From Escherichia coli phage vB_EcoS_Ace: a stretch of 64,000 bases of DNA. Below the pieces are notes generated by a model, which had not been told where the DNA came from, made no database searches, and saw only the letters and a list, made by a program, of their open reading frames with translations. The stretch is taken from sequence record MT833283.1; one strand, written 5' to 3'. Below are positions 45,712 through 55,984 of the stretch, in pieces. The position numbers and the translations under genes were made by a program. Positions within the stretch are counted from its first letter, which is position 1, and each line of letters opens with the position of its first letter.

Positions 45712-46350
45712 TTACTCTACTTCGATAAAAGTAGAGGCGTTGGACTCAGACAGAACAAAGTCAACGTTAGTTGCAAAGTCCTGGTACTCTTCGTCGTGTT
45801 GCTTGATCAGCTTTTCCAGCTCCAGCGGATCGATCAGGAACGGAGTGTTCTTGAGTTCCAGCAGGTTAAGCTGCATCTTAACTTCATCCTCGGAAGTCTT
45901 CTTGTCGCGGGTAGCCATGGTATCCTGCAAACGCTCATACTTAGCATCAAACTGAGCTTTCTGAGTGTTAAACTTAACAGTAGCAGCATGGAACTGCTTA
46001 CGCATGTTAGCCAGCAACTGAGCTTTGAGTTCCATAGAACGCTTAGCTTCGATTGCTTCCGCAACAGTCATAGAGCGAGAACCGATCTCTACAACAGTTT
46101 CAGCATTGCTCTTGATCAGCGCAGCTTTCAGACTATCACGCTGGGACATCATATCCAACAGAGACTGGAAATCAGTCTTAATACGAGTAGACAGAGCATC
46201 TACTTCGATTGCAGCGCCAACTACAACTTGGTTCTTATCCTTACCTTCACCAACAGCAATCAAAAGCTGTTGTTCAGTAGCTTTACGGATTTTAGCTTCT
46301 AGAGACTTGATAGTTGCCAGAGCACGAGTTTTAGAGATACGAGTAGTCAT
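45712..46350 (-). CDS. hypothetical protein (212 aa)
   Basis: ORF in track. Confidence 0.55.
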   Translation of the reverse strand: MTTRISKTRALATIKSLEAKIRKATEQQLLIAVGEGKDKNQVVVGAAIEVDALSTRIKTDFQSLLDMMSQRDSLKAALIKSNAETVVEIGSRSMTVAEAIEAKRSMELKAQLLANMRKQFHAATVKFNTQKAQFDAKYERLQDTMATRDKKTSEDEVKMQLNLLELKNTPFLIDPLELEKLIKQHDEEYQDFATNVDFVLSESNASTFIEVE

Positions 46351-46403
46351 TATTTCTTCCTTATATGAAGTTTGAGATTTGAATTTGTTTTAAAAATGGT
46401 CTA

Positions 46404-46586
46404 TTACAGACCGATTGCCAGCAGAGTGCGCAGAACAGTATCAGAACTGTTATCAATATTCGGGTTGGCGCGATTCAGCACATTAAAGATTTTCTGGATG
46501 CCGGACTGACGCTCAGCCATACGACGCAGACCCAGGTTACGTTTTGCTACTTTACCATTTTTACGGACGTTTTTAGATACTGGCAT
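46404..46586 (-). CDS. small basic protein (60 aa)
   Basis: ATG directly after SD of promoter cassette. Confidence 0.5.
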   Translation of the reverse strand: MPVSKNVRKNGKVAKRNLGLRRMAERQSGIQKIFNVLNRANPNIDNSSDTVLRTLLAIGL

Positions 46587-46626
46587 AATTATTTTCCTTT
46601 TGTTGTTCTCTCAAATTTATGAATAT

Positions 46627-46655
46627 ATTATACAGAATTTTGGAGCTGAAAGCAA
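46627..46655 (-). promoter_or_regulatory. sigma70 promoter (TATAAT / TTGCTT)
   Basis: minus strand; 17-bp spacer. Confidence 0.6.
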
Positions 46656-46656
46656 A

Positions 46657-47358
46657 TCAAATTTTGATTTTTTTGATCATGACGGCTACACAATAACTTT
46701 CAACTAAAGCATCAAATGCTGGATCATGCTTCACAGGATAGATTCCATAACGAATGGTGTCCATCTTTTCCATTTTAGCTTTTGCCCAGCTAGCACCTTC
46801 GGCTTCTAGATCTTTATAGCTATAACCAGCTTGCATCCACTGATTACGGAAAGATCGAACGTTACCTAAGTTCCAGAATTTCCACGGAACTATTTCTTCA
46901 TGGGTTCCGGCATGGAACGTATTTGCAGAGTAGATTGTCATATCAAACTCTGGGCCATTGCCGTAATACAGAGCATTATCTCCTAGAGACAATTCCATAA
47001 TGTTCTGAGCCATAGAGAAGGCAGCATAATTAGAGCCTACGTCATTAGTGCAGTGATGCTTACCATCACGGAAGGCAATTAGTTTAGGATTACGACCATT
47101 TAGAGCCTCCATAATATGGAGCGCAGATGGACTGTTTTTAGCTTGATCCATCCAGAATGCAATAGTAGAGGCAGTTACCTTAGCACCCGCATTAAGCTGA
47201 TCTTGAACGTCTAGAGTAACGAATACCAGATCAGGATCTTTATCAATTCCGTGCATCGCTACAAAAGCGAAAGAAGGCATTGCAATATGAGTAGTACCGC
47301 AATTTCCTGGAGTACCTAGAGATTCAATGTCCAGCATACCAAAGGGCTTGAATTTCAT
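46657..47358 (-). CDS. putative DnaQ-like 3'-5' exonuclease (233 aa)
   Basis: LDIESLG (Exo I-like) near N-terminus and H-x4-D (HDPAFD) near C-terminus; tentative. Confidence 0.4.
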   Translation of the reverse strand: MKFKPFGMLDIESLGTPGNCGTTHIAMPSFAFVAMHGIDKDPDLVFVTLDVQDQLNAGAKVTASTIAFWMDQAKNSPSALHIMEALNGRNPKLIAFRDGKHHCTNDVGSNYAAFSMAQNIMELSLGDNALYYGNGPEFDMTIYSANTFHAGTHEEIVPWKFWNLGNVRSFRNQWMQAGYSYKDLEAEGASWAKAKMEKMDTIRYGIYPVKHDPAFDALVESYCVAVMIKKIKI

Positions 47359-47388
47359 AATTATGTCCTTTATTGTTGTAGAAAACTA

Positions 47389-47601
47389 TTAAAGAGCTGT
47401 CTCTTTAATAGACTCCCACTGTTTGGGGTCTTTCAGAGGAAGTTCCTCTTCTTCAAACAGGTCTGTTCCATTTTCACTAACATCCCAGTTTTCTTCCATG
47501 ATTTCTTCTAGAAGCTCATGTTTAGAAAGACGAGTGTAGTCTCTAGCAGACTTGTGAGTGCTAGCACGGTTAAAATCATTCTTTGCAACGAAGTTACGCA
47601 T
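47389..47601 (-). CDS. hypothetical protein (70 aa)
   Basis: ORF in track. Confidence 0.45.
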   Translation of the reverse strand: MRNFVAKNDFNRASTHKSARDYTRLSKHELLEEIMEENWDVSENGTDLFEEEELPLKDPKQWESIKETAL

Positions 47602-47642
47602 AGTTTCTCCAAATAAGAGGGGCTTTCGCCCCCTGATTTAAA

Positions 47643-47858
47643 TTACTTGCCCAGCAGTTTAAGGATATTTTCCTTAATAGTTTGAGCAGATTTTTCACTC
47701 TTATTGGTTTCAGCCAGTTTCAGAGCGAGTTCTTCCTGCTGTTTCTGAATATCAGCAGCAGTTTTCTGGTCAGCTTCAATACGAGCTTGAAGTTCATCAG
47801 TAATAGTGGTAAAGGAAGCAACGATTTCAGTAACGGAACGTGGTTTCTTAGAGAACAT
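47643..47858 (-). CDS. hypothetical coiled-coil protein (71 aa)
   Basis: ORF in track. Confidence 0.45.
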   Translation of the reverse strand: MFSKKPRSVTEIVASFTTITDELQARIEADQKTAADIQKQQEELALKLAETNKSEKSAQTIKENILKLLGK

Positions 47859-47919
47859 AAAAATATCCTTGATTAGTCAGAGAAAGAGTTAGTATATGGG
47901 GCTTTCGCCCCCTCAATCA

Positions 47920-48435
47920 TTACTTCGCTTTACGCTTACGAGTAGGTTTAGCGGATTTACGATCAGAAGCACCAGTAAACTTAATACCGATACCGTAGCA
48001 CAGAGCGCGAACGTTGTCACGGCTATACTCTACACCTAAAATATTCGGTTTAACGGAGCCAAACTGTCCACGGGATTCACGCATTACGTCAGCCATTGGC
48101 TTACGCTTCTGATTGACTGCTTTTTCGTAGTCTTTCAGAGCCATACCGTTGCGGGCGAACATCTCAGCACCGCCGTTAAAGCTCAGAGTTACAGGTACAG
48201 ACTTATGACCTTCACCCTTGATGAACACAACCTGCTTAGCAGTTGCGCGAGTAGAGTTCTTGGCCTTCGGCTTCTGGCGAACCGGAGCCGCAGACTTCAG
48301 GGCAGTCTGAGCCTGAGCATCAGTAGGATGCTTACGCAGATGACGTTCCAGACGAGCCTTACGATTGGCCTCGGTCTGAGCGAAAGTTTTAACTGCCGGA
48401 GCTGCCTGAGTTTTTGCGTTTTTCTGCTTAGCCAT
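47920..48435 (-). CDS. basic Ala/Lys-rich protein (171 aa)
   Basis: ORF in track; promoter cassette upstream. Confidence 0.55.
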   Translation of the reverse strand: MAKQKNAKTQAAPAVKTFAQTEANRKARLERHLRKHPTDAQAQTALKSAAPVRQKPKAKNSTRATAKQVVFIKGEGHKSVPVTLSFNGGAEMFARNGMALKDYEKAVNQKRKPMADVMRESRGQFGSVKPNILGVEYSRDNVRALCYGIGIKFTGASDRKSAKPTRKRKAK

Positions 48436-48473
48436 TATTTGTTTTCCTTTTTGTTGATCAATTTATGAGATAT

Positions 48474-48502
48474 ATTATACGAAATTTTGAAGCGTTTAGC
48501 AA
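48474..48502 (-). promoter_or_regulatory. sigma70 promoter (TATAAT / TTGCTA)
   Basis: minus strand; spacer nearly identical to promoter at 43248-43276. Confidence 0.6.
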
Positions 48503-48518
48503 ATGAATTTTTTAAAAA

Positions 48519-48797
48519 TTATCTGCCGATCATCTTAGCTTGTTCCTCACTGGAAACGTACTGATAACCACCCTTGTTATATGCAGGAGCAGTACACAGT
48601 TTCTTGCGCTCAATTTCTTCTTGAGCTTTGCGTTCCCTTTCGGCTAATTCTTCATCTAGATAAACTAGACGCTGCTCCGGAGGTGGTGGAAGCCTAGTTT
48701 CTGGCTCACCAATATTTGCCTTTCTGATCTGACGCGGAGATTGTGCGCGTTTTCTCAAAGGTTTAAATCCTAATGAATTTGAGTTGTAAATTCGCAT
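48519..48797 (-). CDS. hypothetical protein (92 aa)
   Basis: ORF in track; promoter cassette upstream. Confidence 0.5.
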   Translation of the reverse strand: MRIYNSNSLGFKPLRKRAQSPRQIRKANIGEPETRLPPPPEQRLVYLDEELAERERKAQEEIERKKLCTAPAYNKGGYQYVSSEEQAKMIGR

Positions 48798-48824
48798 AAA
48801 GCCCTCCTCACTTTCAATACGAAT

Positions 48825-48853
48825 ATTATACTAAATTCGAGGGCTTTAAGCAA
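48825..48853 (-). promoter_or_regulatory. sigma70 promoter (TATAAT / TTGCTT)
   Basis: minus strand; 17-bp spacer. Confidence 0.6.
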
Positions 48854-48873
48854 GTGAATTTTTAAATTATTTA

Positions 48874-49362
48874 TTACATCTCAGCAAGTTCTTGCTCAGT
48901 AATTACAGTATTGCATAGAGCATCAACTTCTTCATTACCACGAATACCTGAGTGACCTTTAACCTTAACAAAGGTTGGATTGGTATCATGGAAGTTAATA
49001 TACTGTTGAGTTAGTTTAAATGCTTCTTGCCAGAGTTCTAGATTAAGAGGAGTTTCACCATCTCCCTTCTTCCAGCCTTTCTTCTGCCAAGACCACATCC
49101 AGCTTTCCATACCATTTTTGCAGTAAGCAGAATCAGTGTAGATAATTACTGGACGATTATCTTTCTTAGTAGACCAACGAAGAACTTCTACAATTGCAGT
49201 AAGTTCCATTTCGTTATTAGTAGTTTTAGGGCTGAAGCCAGATTTAGAGCCAATACGATCATCATTATCATTATAGACAACGAATCCCCACGCACCTAAA
49301 CCAGGATTGCCTTTACATGCACCATCTGTATATATGTGGAAAACCGACATTATTTGCTCCAA
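48874..49362 (-). CDS. rnh: ribonuclease H (RnhA-like)
   Basis: YTDGACKGNPG, ELTA, DS.Y, HSG..GNE.D motifs. Confidence 0.75.
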   Translation of the reverse strand: MEQIMSVFHIYTDGACKGNPGLGAWGFVVYNDNDDRIGSKSGFSPKTTNNEMELTAIVEVLRWSTKKDNRPVIIYTDSAYCKNGMESWMWSWQKKGWKKGDGETPLNLELWQEAFKLTQQYINFHDTNPTFVKVKGHSGIRGNEEVDALCNTVITEQELAEM

Positions 49363-49619
49363 TCAATTTCAAGCCAAAAACCTTCACGTTGCTCATACTT
49401 AGCTTCCACAACATAACCTAGTTTGCTAAGTTTTTGCATGACGCTATTTCTAGCGTTTTCTGAGTATTCAGTTAATCCCTGGATGTGACAATTAAATTCT
49501 TTATCTTTAATAGCTTTGTCAATCTCTACGGCAATAAGTGATTCTAGGTCAATTACTTCCTTTTTAATGCTAGCAATAGTATTTTGTTTTGCTTCTAGAG
49601 CAGATAAAAGAATAGACAT
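49350..49619 (-). CDS. hypothetical protein (89 aa)
   Basis: ORF in track. Confidence 0.45.
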   Translation of the reverse strand: MSILLSALEAKQNTIASIKKEVIDLESLIAVEIDKAIKDKEFNCHIQGLTEYSENARNSVMQKLSKLGYVVEAKYEQREGFWLEIDWSK

Positions 49620-49621
49620 AT

Positions 49622-50200
49622 TTATTCTCCAATTACTAAAACATCATGTTGAGAAGATACACCACACATATAATCTGCACAATGCGTAAAAGCCAGATCA
49701 ATGATTTCAAATATATCATCTACATCTAAATCTGTGGCTCGACAATACGCAATAGCTAAACCTGTACGAATACTGGAAAGTACATCTTCTCCTCCACAGC
49801 CTACACCGGCATATTCAACTTCTAGAATAGAAGCATTAGATTGGAAAATAAAGATTCTTCCTTTGTAGAGCATAATAAATTGTCCCAGATTAGGTTCAGC
49901 ATATTTTTCATTTTTCTTTTCGCCAAAATCTTTCTGGTTAAACATATCACGTAATTTAGGTACTATTTCCGTGTATAAATATTTATCATCAGAAATATCT
50001 GCTAAACGTGGTGGTACAGTAAAGCTATGCTCTAGTAATTGTCCCATGTAGAAGGAACTAGTGTATCCGAAGTACAAATCATCAGAGATTTTGAATACTT
50101 TCGGATTTTTAACCAGCAGTTTCGTATAGCCATTAGAACCCATACGATCACCAGCTAAGTATACTTTATCTTTATATTTAAATGCTACTATGGCTGTCAT
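49622..50200 (-). CDS. Ntn-hydrolase, HslV/proteasome-beta-like (192 aa)
   Basis: N-terminal MTAIVAF...VYLAGDRMGS pattern resembling HslV; tentative. Confidence 0.4.
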   Translation of the reverse strand: MTAIVAFKYKDKVYLAGDRMGSNGYTKLLVKNPKVFKISDDLYFGYTSSFYMGQLLEHSFTVPPRLADISDDKYLYTEIVPKLRDMFNQKDFGEKKNEKYAEPNLGQFIMLYKGRIFIFQSNASILEVEYAGVGCGGEDVLSSIRTGLAIAYCRATDLDVDDIFEIIDLAFTHCADYMCGVSSQHDVLVIGE

Positions 50201-50230
50201 TATTAAATCCTTCTGTCAAATTAGAAGTAT

Positions 50231-50259
50231 ATTATATTTAAATTTCACTCAGTAAGCAA
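50231..50259 (-). promoter_or_regulatory. sigma70 promoter (TATAAT / TTGCTT)
   Basis: minus strand; 17-bp spacer. Confidence 0.55.
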
Positions 50260-50277
50260 ATGAAATTTAAATATAAT

Positions 50278-50295
50278 AGCCCCGAAGGGCTATTT
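50278..50295 (-). terminator. GC hairpin, possible terminator
   Basis: AGCCCCGAAGGGCT hairpin (GAAG tetraloop-like) between two minus-strand genes. Confidence 0.4.
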
Positions 50296-50298
50296 GAA

Positions 50299-50652
50299 TT
50301 AGATTATAATCAAGATTATTAGGGCGTATGTCAGATAATGCAGTAACTGATCAAATCCTAAAGCTATCCAAAACTTAGCATCGCTTATAGCGTATTTACA
50401 GCGTTGTGCTTTCCAATAATCTATAATAAAGTGTAGAATTAATTCCATAATAGCTAAAGCTATAGACATTCCTGGTGATGTGAATAGGATTAGAATTGCA
50501 AATGTTAATCCAGCATGTACTAGCGAATGGGTTAATAATGGAAGTTTCCACCCTATTTTATGCGTCTTTCTTAGCATATATGGTGTTTGGAGTGGATAAT
50601 CGGCCATAAAATGTTTTAGAAATAATATGACAAATAATAGTATAATTAACAT
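50299..50652 (-). CDS. multi-pass membrane protein (117 aa)
   Basis: ORF in track; strongly hydrophobic. Confidence 0.5.
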   Translation of the reverse strand: MLIILLFVILFLKHFMADYPLQTPYMLRKTHKIGWKLPLLTHSLVHAGLTFAILILFTSPGMSIALAIMELILHFIIDYWKAQRCKYAISDAKFWIALGFDQLLHYLTYALIILIII

Positions 50653-50655
50653 ATG

Positions 50656-51510
50656 TTACACCGTAAATGGATATGCAATAGCAGGATGGTGTTCATAGCC
50701 ACGAACAGTAAAATCATCCTTACTTACCCACGTTAATACATCATCCAAAGTTCTAATATTTGGATTGATTTCTAAAGTAGGAGGTGCAAAAGGTTCACGA
50801 TCGAATTGCTTGTGCTCCATCAGAACATTATACTGATCTTCATAGATATGAAGATTAATAATCTTTTGACGAGCAATACCTGGCTTAAGACCTGTAATCT
50901 GTGCCATAATAGCTAGAAGTGCATAGCATTGCACCATATTAAATACTTGGCCCAGCAAGAAATCATTAGACCTCTGGAAAGAGTTTAGGTATAGTGTATC
51001 ACCTAAAATAGAGAATTGATGGGTATGCATACACGGACGTAGGCATCCTTTACGAAATTCCCCAGGGTTCCAAAAAGTTAAAATTTCTCCACGATCGTCA
51101 ATCCCTCTTTTCAAATTATGATAGACTTTGGCTAACTGATCAAATACCATACCATCAGAATTAGTCCAATGACGTCCTTGAACACCATAAACTCGTCCCA
51201 TATCATCCTCGCCTTTACGGAATGGATTACCTAGCCAGGCAATATTTTCATTTGCATTAGCATTCCATGTATTAACACCAATAGCGCGGAATTGTGCTGC
51301 TGAGTCGTACCCACGGAGATATCCGATCATTTCCATTATTGCTTGTTTAGCAAATGCTTTACGAGTAGTTACTAGCGGCAGTTCTCCTGCTCCTACGTTA
51401 AAGGTAAAGTCTGCATCAATAATGGTTAGGCAACGAACCCCTGTTCTAGGATTCGTTACCCATACACCCTCTTCAAGAATACGTTTTCCAGTTTCAATAT
51501 ATTGCTTCAT
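50656..51510 (-). CDS. thyA: thymidylate synthase (ThyA family)
   Basis: 284 aa; ThyA-like blocks including catalytic Cys region (RPCMHTHQF). Confidence 0.7.
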   Translation of the reverse strand: MKQYIETGKRILEEGVWVTNPRTGVRCLTIIDADFTFNVGAGELPLVTTRKAFAKQAIMEMIGYLRGYDSAAQFRAIGVNTWNANANENIAWLGNPFRKGEDDMGRVYGVQGRHWTNSDGMVFDQLAKVYHNLKRGIDDRGEILTFWNPGEFRKGCLRPCMHTHQFSILGDTLYLNSFQRSNDFLLGQVFNMVQCYALLAIMAQITGLKPGIARQKIINLHIYEDQYNVLMEHKQFDREPFAPPTLEINPNIRTLDDVLTWVSKDDFTVRGYEHHPAIAYPFTV

Positions 51511-52037
51511 TTAAATATCACCAATTCTTGTAAGAATGAAAGCGTTTTATCTGCATTCTGTCCTGCCACATAGTCCATTCTAGTTGCCATTGAATTAGTT
51601 AAAGTAATATGATGATGCAGATGTACATCAGCAGATAATGGTGTGGCTGAAGTAATAGTAGAGATATACGCCATATCTAGATGATTTTTGACATACATTT
51701 CAAGAAGCAGAGTTGCTCCCCCTAATACTACAGTTACCTCTTCCTTGAGAAAATCAGGCAGACGGTATCCAATGTTGCTTATGCGTGTAGCTGATCCTAC
51801 AGAGTTAGGTAGTGGTCTATTTGCATAAATAAATAGGTCAGAATCTCCTAGTATTCTTTTTTGCAGAGTCTCAGGGAAGGCTAACCAAGTTCCTGCTCCT
51901 ACAATAATATTATCAGGTGCTAGAGAATCCAAAGTAGCATAGAAAGTATTTAGTTCTTCTTTGAAAGAACCCCAAGGGAGTTTACCATTGAGGCCGAACT
52001 CCCCATTCGGCCCAGTTGCATAGATTGCTGCTATCAT
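51507..52037 (-). CDS. frd: dihydrofolate reductase
   Basis: 176 aa; N-terminal MIAAI...GKLPW motif; overlapped stop/start with thyA and nrdB. Confidence 0.65.
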   Translation of the reverse strand: MIAAIYATGPNGEFGLNGKLPWGSFKEELNTFYATLDSLAPDNIIVGAGTWLAFPETLQKRILGDSDLFIYANRPLPNSVGSATRISNIGYRLPDFLKEEVTVVLGGATLLLEMYVKNHLDMAYISTITSATPLSADVHLHHHITLTNSMATRMDYVAGQNADKTLSFLQELVIFK

Positions 52038-53182
52038 TAGAACATGCCCTCAAATTCGTTACCCAGATCTTTCAGGGTATCAGCAGAAGTTTCAGTTACC
52101 TGACCCACACGATATGCTGCACCAATCTGGATTTCTTGTGGGGCAGGCTGTAAGGAAGTAGTATCCAGCCAGTTCATAATCCACGGAATAGGGTTCTTAG
52201 TAATTACAGGTAAGTGGCTTGGCCATTCTACACCAATGTGCATAAATGCGTTACGTCCTACAAAGTAAAGGTATTCTTCAAGCAGTTCTGCGTTCAAACC
52301 AATCAGACTACGGCCTTTAAAGATAAAGTGACCCCATTCAATCTCAGTTTTCAGAGTTTTTAGGAGTTGTGTTGGTGCTTTAGCTAATGCTTCATCTACC
52401 AGATCTTTATCAAACTGCTGGAACATAATCTGGATGATAGCTTTAGACATTTGAGTATGTAGAGCTTCATCTTTAGCGATTAATTGCAGGTTCTTAGCAA
52501 TACCTTGCAGAATATCGTTCTCTGCTAGAGCAAAGGTACATGCAAAGGATGCGTAGAACTGCATTGCTTCTAGACCGTAGATTGCAAAGTAAGCGTCTAA
52601 CAGTTTAGCCTGAGTTTCACGTTTAACTTCAGGGAACTCAGTTTCTGGATAAGTATTATCACCACGATGATCACGTACTGCAAGGAAATACTGGCCTAAC
52701 AGATACAATTCATCAAACAGTTCAACAGAATCTGCGATACGTGCAAATGCTTCTTGGTTTTTAGTTACAGAATCAATAAATTCTGCTGGATCAGTCAGAA
52801 CGTTACGAATAATGTTACTATATGCACGGCTATGCAGATCTTCGAAGTAGCTCCACTGCTTGAGCATACCCTCCAATTCAGGACGGCTTACAAGCGGCAT
52901 AATAGCTGCTTCAGGAGCACGGCTAATGAAAGAATCTGTTTGGGTCTGCCATGCTAAGTTCAGGAGAGTAATTTCCTGAATATCACGCGGAAGGTTTGGC
53001 CATTGTTTCTTATCAGCTTCCAGACTGATTTCAGTTTCAGTCCAAAATTGAGAACGTTGCAGAAGTGCTAGACGCTCAAGTTCAGGATGTGCTACACGAA
53101 CGTAATCTGCGATACCAAGAGAATCGCCCAGGAAAAGGTCAGCGTTAGTATGATCCCAATTCAGGTTTAGTAAAGTAGTCAT
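52037..53182 (-). CDS. nrdB: ribonucleotide reductase small subunit (NrdB)
   Basis: 381 aa with class Ia R2-like conserved regions. Confidence 0.75.
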   Translation of the reverse strand: MTTLLNLNWDHTNADLFLGDSLGIADYVRVAHPELERLALLQRSQFWTETEISLEADKKQWPNLPRDIQEITLLNLAWQTQTDSFISRAPEAAIMPLVSRPELEGMLKQWSYFEDLHSRAYSNIIRNVLTDPAEFIDSVTKNQEAFARIADSVELFDELYLLGQYFLAVRDHRGDNTYPETEFPEVKRETQAKLLDAYFAIYGLEAMQFYASFACTFALAENDILQGIAKNLQLIAKDEALHTQMSKAIIQIMFQQFDKDLVDEALAKAPTQLLKTLKTEIEWGHFIFKGRSLIGLNAELLEEYLYFVGRNAFMHIGVEWPSHLPVITKNPIPWIMNWLDTTSLQPAPQEIQIGAAYRVGQVTETSADTLKDLGNEFEGMF

Positions 53183-53213
53183 TGATTTTCCTCTTTCTCA
53201 CTATTTCAGGAAT

Positions 53214-53242
53214 ATTATAGCAAATCTGGTAGCGATTAGCAA
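53214..53242 (-). promoter_or_regulatory. sigma70 promoter (TATAAT / TTGCTA) for nrdB-frd-thyA
   Basis: minus strand; 17-bp spacer. Confidence 0.6.
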
Positions 53243-53260
53243 GTAAAATTTCAAAGAAAA

Positions 53261-53287
53261 AGGAGACCCGAAGATCTCCTTGTTTTT
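53261..53287. terminator. bidirectional hairpin terminator downstream of nrdA
   Basis: stem AGGAGA/TCTCCT with A-run on one side and T-run on the other. Confidence 0.55.
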
Positions 53288-53288
53288 A

Positions 53289-55619
53289 TTATAGGTTACA
53301 ACCACCGGATGCACAACCTGCTGCTTCTTCACCAGCTCCACCACCATTTTCAGTGTTGAAGTTAGCGTAGTACCAAGTTTTCCAACCGTACTTAACAGCA
53401 GTCATGAAATCACGAACTACTACTGGACCAGGAATGATTTCATTCTCAAACTTGGTGTAGTCATAGTACATATTCGTACTGATAGACTGACTGAAAAATT
53501 TCTGCATGGTTGCTACCCATTTGATCCACTCGATACGATCTACATCATAAGCCAGTTTATAGCTCATTAATATATCCCAATCGGTTGCACCTGGAGCAAT
53601 TGCAATTACTTTATTCACTGCACTACCCTTGATAGATACAATCTTACGAGGTGGTTCAATAGAGTTAGTAACACCTAGCAGTACAGAGGAACTTTCACCC
53701 GGCATCTGAGCAGTCAGAACAGAGTTACGCATACCGTATTTCAGGATATCTGCACGCAGAGATTCCCAATCCATTTCTAGACCTACGGTTACCAGTTCAT
53801 CAACAGTTTTCTTGTACGTGTCGATTACCAGAGTTCCTTTGGATGGCTTAGTACGATTAAACCAGTCACATGCACCTTGTTCTTTAGCCAGACGTACAGA
53901 TGCTTTGTGCAGGAAGTAAGACAGTTTTTCAGCTTCACGGTGAATCCAGTTACGAGCTTCAACACCTTCGTAAGCCAAACCTTCTGCTGCCATTGCACCT
54001 GCTGCGTTCATCAGGCCAATACCAACGTTTCGACGTTTCTTAGCCGTGTATTCCATAGTTGGGAATGGGTAATCCTGAATCTCGATGATTGTATCAACTA
54101 ATTTCAGAAGGATGTAGCAAGTTTTCTCCCATTCAGCCAGAGATTCCATGCGGCCTAGTACAACACCACCTAAGTTACACAGAGATACTTCACCAATATC
54201 TTCTGGACGCATATCGTCTAACTGATCTTGGGTTTTATACAGTTCCGTAATGTGATGGAATGGACGGGTTGGCTGAGTAATTTCAACACAAAGGTTGGTC
54301 ATACGAATCGGGTCAAGGAAGTTACCATGACGGTTAGATTCACCAATGTGATGAGCATACATACGCCCTGTTTCCATACGGATACGTAACCAAGTATCTA
54401 GGATTTCTTTTGCAGAGATTCTAGGAGCTGCTGGAATTGTTTTTCCTTCGTGGTCGGTCTTTGTAAGAGATGCCACACGTTTCTCCGCTGCCACGTAGAT
54501 TTCTTCAAACTTAGCCTCATCTTCACCATAAAACGCTTCATGAACTTCTGGTGCGTAGAAGTAGGACATTAGCGTAATATCTTCGTTTTTCAGGTAACGT
54601 TTTAACAGAAGGTTGTTAAAGCTCAGAGAATAATCCATCTTATCGATTTTATTCTCGTCTGTAGCACGTTGCTGCTTAACCTGCATCAACTGAATGATTT
54701 CAGGATCGAAGTATGGATAAGACACAGTAGCAGAACCGCCACGGGTTTGCTGAGTGTTAGCTTTTACTGAACGGTCAATGTGTCTATAATATGGCAGTTT
54801 TCCGGAATGCGGGAATGCCCCATTTCGCACCGGATCAGCAATTGATCGGCTTTCAAGATGATACCCGATTCCCGCTCTGGCTGCGACCATTTTGAAGACG
54901 ATATGCTCGGCTGTGTCGATTGAATCGAGGGTATCAGTACTATCAACAAGACAACAAGAAGCAAAACCGCGGTCGCTGCTCCTAAGACCCACGAGAGGTG
55001 GAGTAGGAACGTTGATTTTGTGGAGCGACATTGCATTGTAGAGGTCGATTGCATCTAGAATTGTCCAGTTAGGTTGAGATAACATCGCCATTGCCATACC
55101 CATGTAAGCAAACTGCGGGGTTTCATAAATTTCACCAGTTGCAATATTACGACGGGAATACTTGTCGAAGAACTGTTTCAGCCCACCACTGGTGAATAAA
55201 CGATCGCGATCATGATCAATAACTTGATTCAGAGCATCAAACTGATCATCGCTAATCCATGCACTCATGTCTTCCCAAGCTCCAACACTAACCATATGAT
55301 CGTGGAAGAAACGCAGAGAAGGAGGCTCGAAGGAGTCATATAGACGTTTACGCATCTGCGCAAGACGTAATTCCTTAGCTGGCACATCATATGCTGGGTT
55401 ATCTTTGATAAGACCTTCAGCGGCTTTAATTAACGCATCCATTAGGGTGTCGGAGTCTACAACACCTTTAGGTAGAGTTTTTTGAGCAGCCATAGTGATG
55501 GATGACCAGCTTACATCAACTGTTTTGCAGCCATACACTGCCCAACCATTGAGTTTTTCAGGAGCAAAGTCTTCTACAGTACCGTCACGTTTGATTACTT
55601 TTTCTATGCGATGGCTCAT
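53289..55619 (-). CDS. nrdA: ribonucleotide reductase large subunit (NrdA)
   Basis: class I RNR alpha with ATP-cone (VIKRDGT) and C-terminal Cys pair; start set at ATG 55619 after AAGGAAAG SD rather than the longer track ORF. Confidence 0.75.
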   Translation of the reverse strand: MSHRIEKVIKRDGTVEDFAPEKLNGWAVYGCKTVDVSWSSITMAAQKTLPKGVVDSDTLMDALIKAAEGLIKDNPAYDVPAKELRLAQMRKRLYDSFEPPSLRFFHDHMVSVGAWEDMSAWISDDQFDALNQVIDHDRDRLFTSGGLKQFFDKYSRRNIATGEIYETPQFAYMGMAMAMLSQPNWTILDAIDLYNAMSLHKINVPTPPLVGLRSSDRGFASCCLVDSTDTLDSIDTAEHIVFKMVAARAGIGYHLESRSIADPVRNGAFPHSGKLPYYRHIDRSVKANTQQTRGGSATVSYPYFDPEIIQLMQVKQQRATDENKIDKMDYSLSFNNLLLKRYLKNEDITLMSYFYAPEVHEAFYGEDEAKFEEIYVAAEKRVASLTKTDHEGKTIPAAPRISAKEILDTWLRIRMETGRMYAHHIGESNRHGNFLDPIRMTNLCVEITQPTRPFHHITELYKTQDQLDDMRPEDIGEVSLCNLGGVVLGRMESLAEWEKTCYILLKLVDTIIEIQDYPFPTMEYTAKKRRNVGIGLMNAAGAMAAEGLAYEGVEARNWIHREAEKLSYFLHKASVRLAKEQGACDWFNRTKPSKGTLVIDTYKKTVDELVTVGLEMDWESLRADILKYGMRNSVLTAQMPGESSSVLLGVTNSIEPPRKIVSIKGSAVNKVIAIAPGATDWDILMSYKLAYDVDRIEWIKWVATMQKFFSQSISTNMYYDYTKFENEIIPGPVVVRDFMTAVKYGWKTWYYANFNTENGGGAGEEAAGCASGGCNL

Positions 55620-55740
55620 TTGGCTTTCCTTTTTGTAGTTATCAGGATTTAGGAAATAGTTTACTTTATTCTCAGTCATTTGGCAAATAAAATTTTCTGA
55701 TAGAAAAGGCCCGAGTATTTTCATACCCAGGCCTTCTATA

Positions 55741-55983
55741 TTACCAGTCTAGTTTTTCGGCTTGATTAATTACTTTTGCTTTCGCATTCGCCCTCAGAAG
55801 AATATCTACTGATGTTGAAAGTTCATTATAATTAAAAGGCCGATTTGGATTAGAGGCTACAATTTTCCACGCTAGGGTAGTCTTAGGACTTTCTTCCCCT
55901 TCCTTACGTGTAATCATATTAGCAGCACTCAGTGAAGTACGGTGGATCTTAGTTTTGCGGTGCAGATGTACGACGTTTCCCAT
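55741..55983 (-). CDS. hypothetical protein (80 aa)
   Basis: ORF in track between phoH and nrdA. Confidence 0.4.
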   Translation of the reverse strand: MGNVVHLHRKTKIHRTSLSAANMITRKEGEESPKTTLAWKIVASNPNRPFNYNELSTSVDILLRANAKAKVINQAEKLDW

Positions 55984-55984
55984 A

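Noticed and set aside
45796-46375. Plus-strand ORFs of 168 and 116 aa
   Set aside because: Antisense to ORF 45712..46350; low-complexity Ser/Leu-rich sequence.
53289-55724. Full 811-aa NrdA ORF with N-terminal extension
   Set aside because: The first 35 codons precede a good SD/ATG and the ATP-cone; the start is more likely at 55619.
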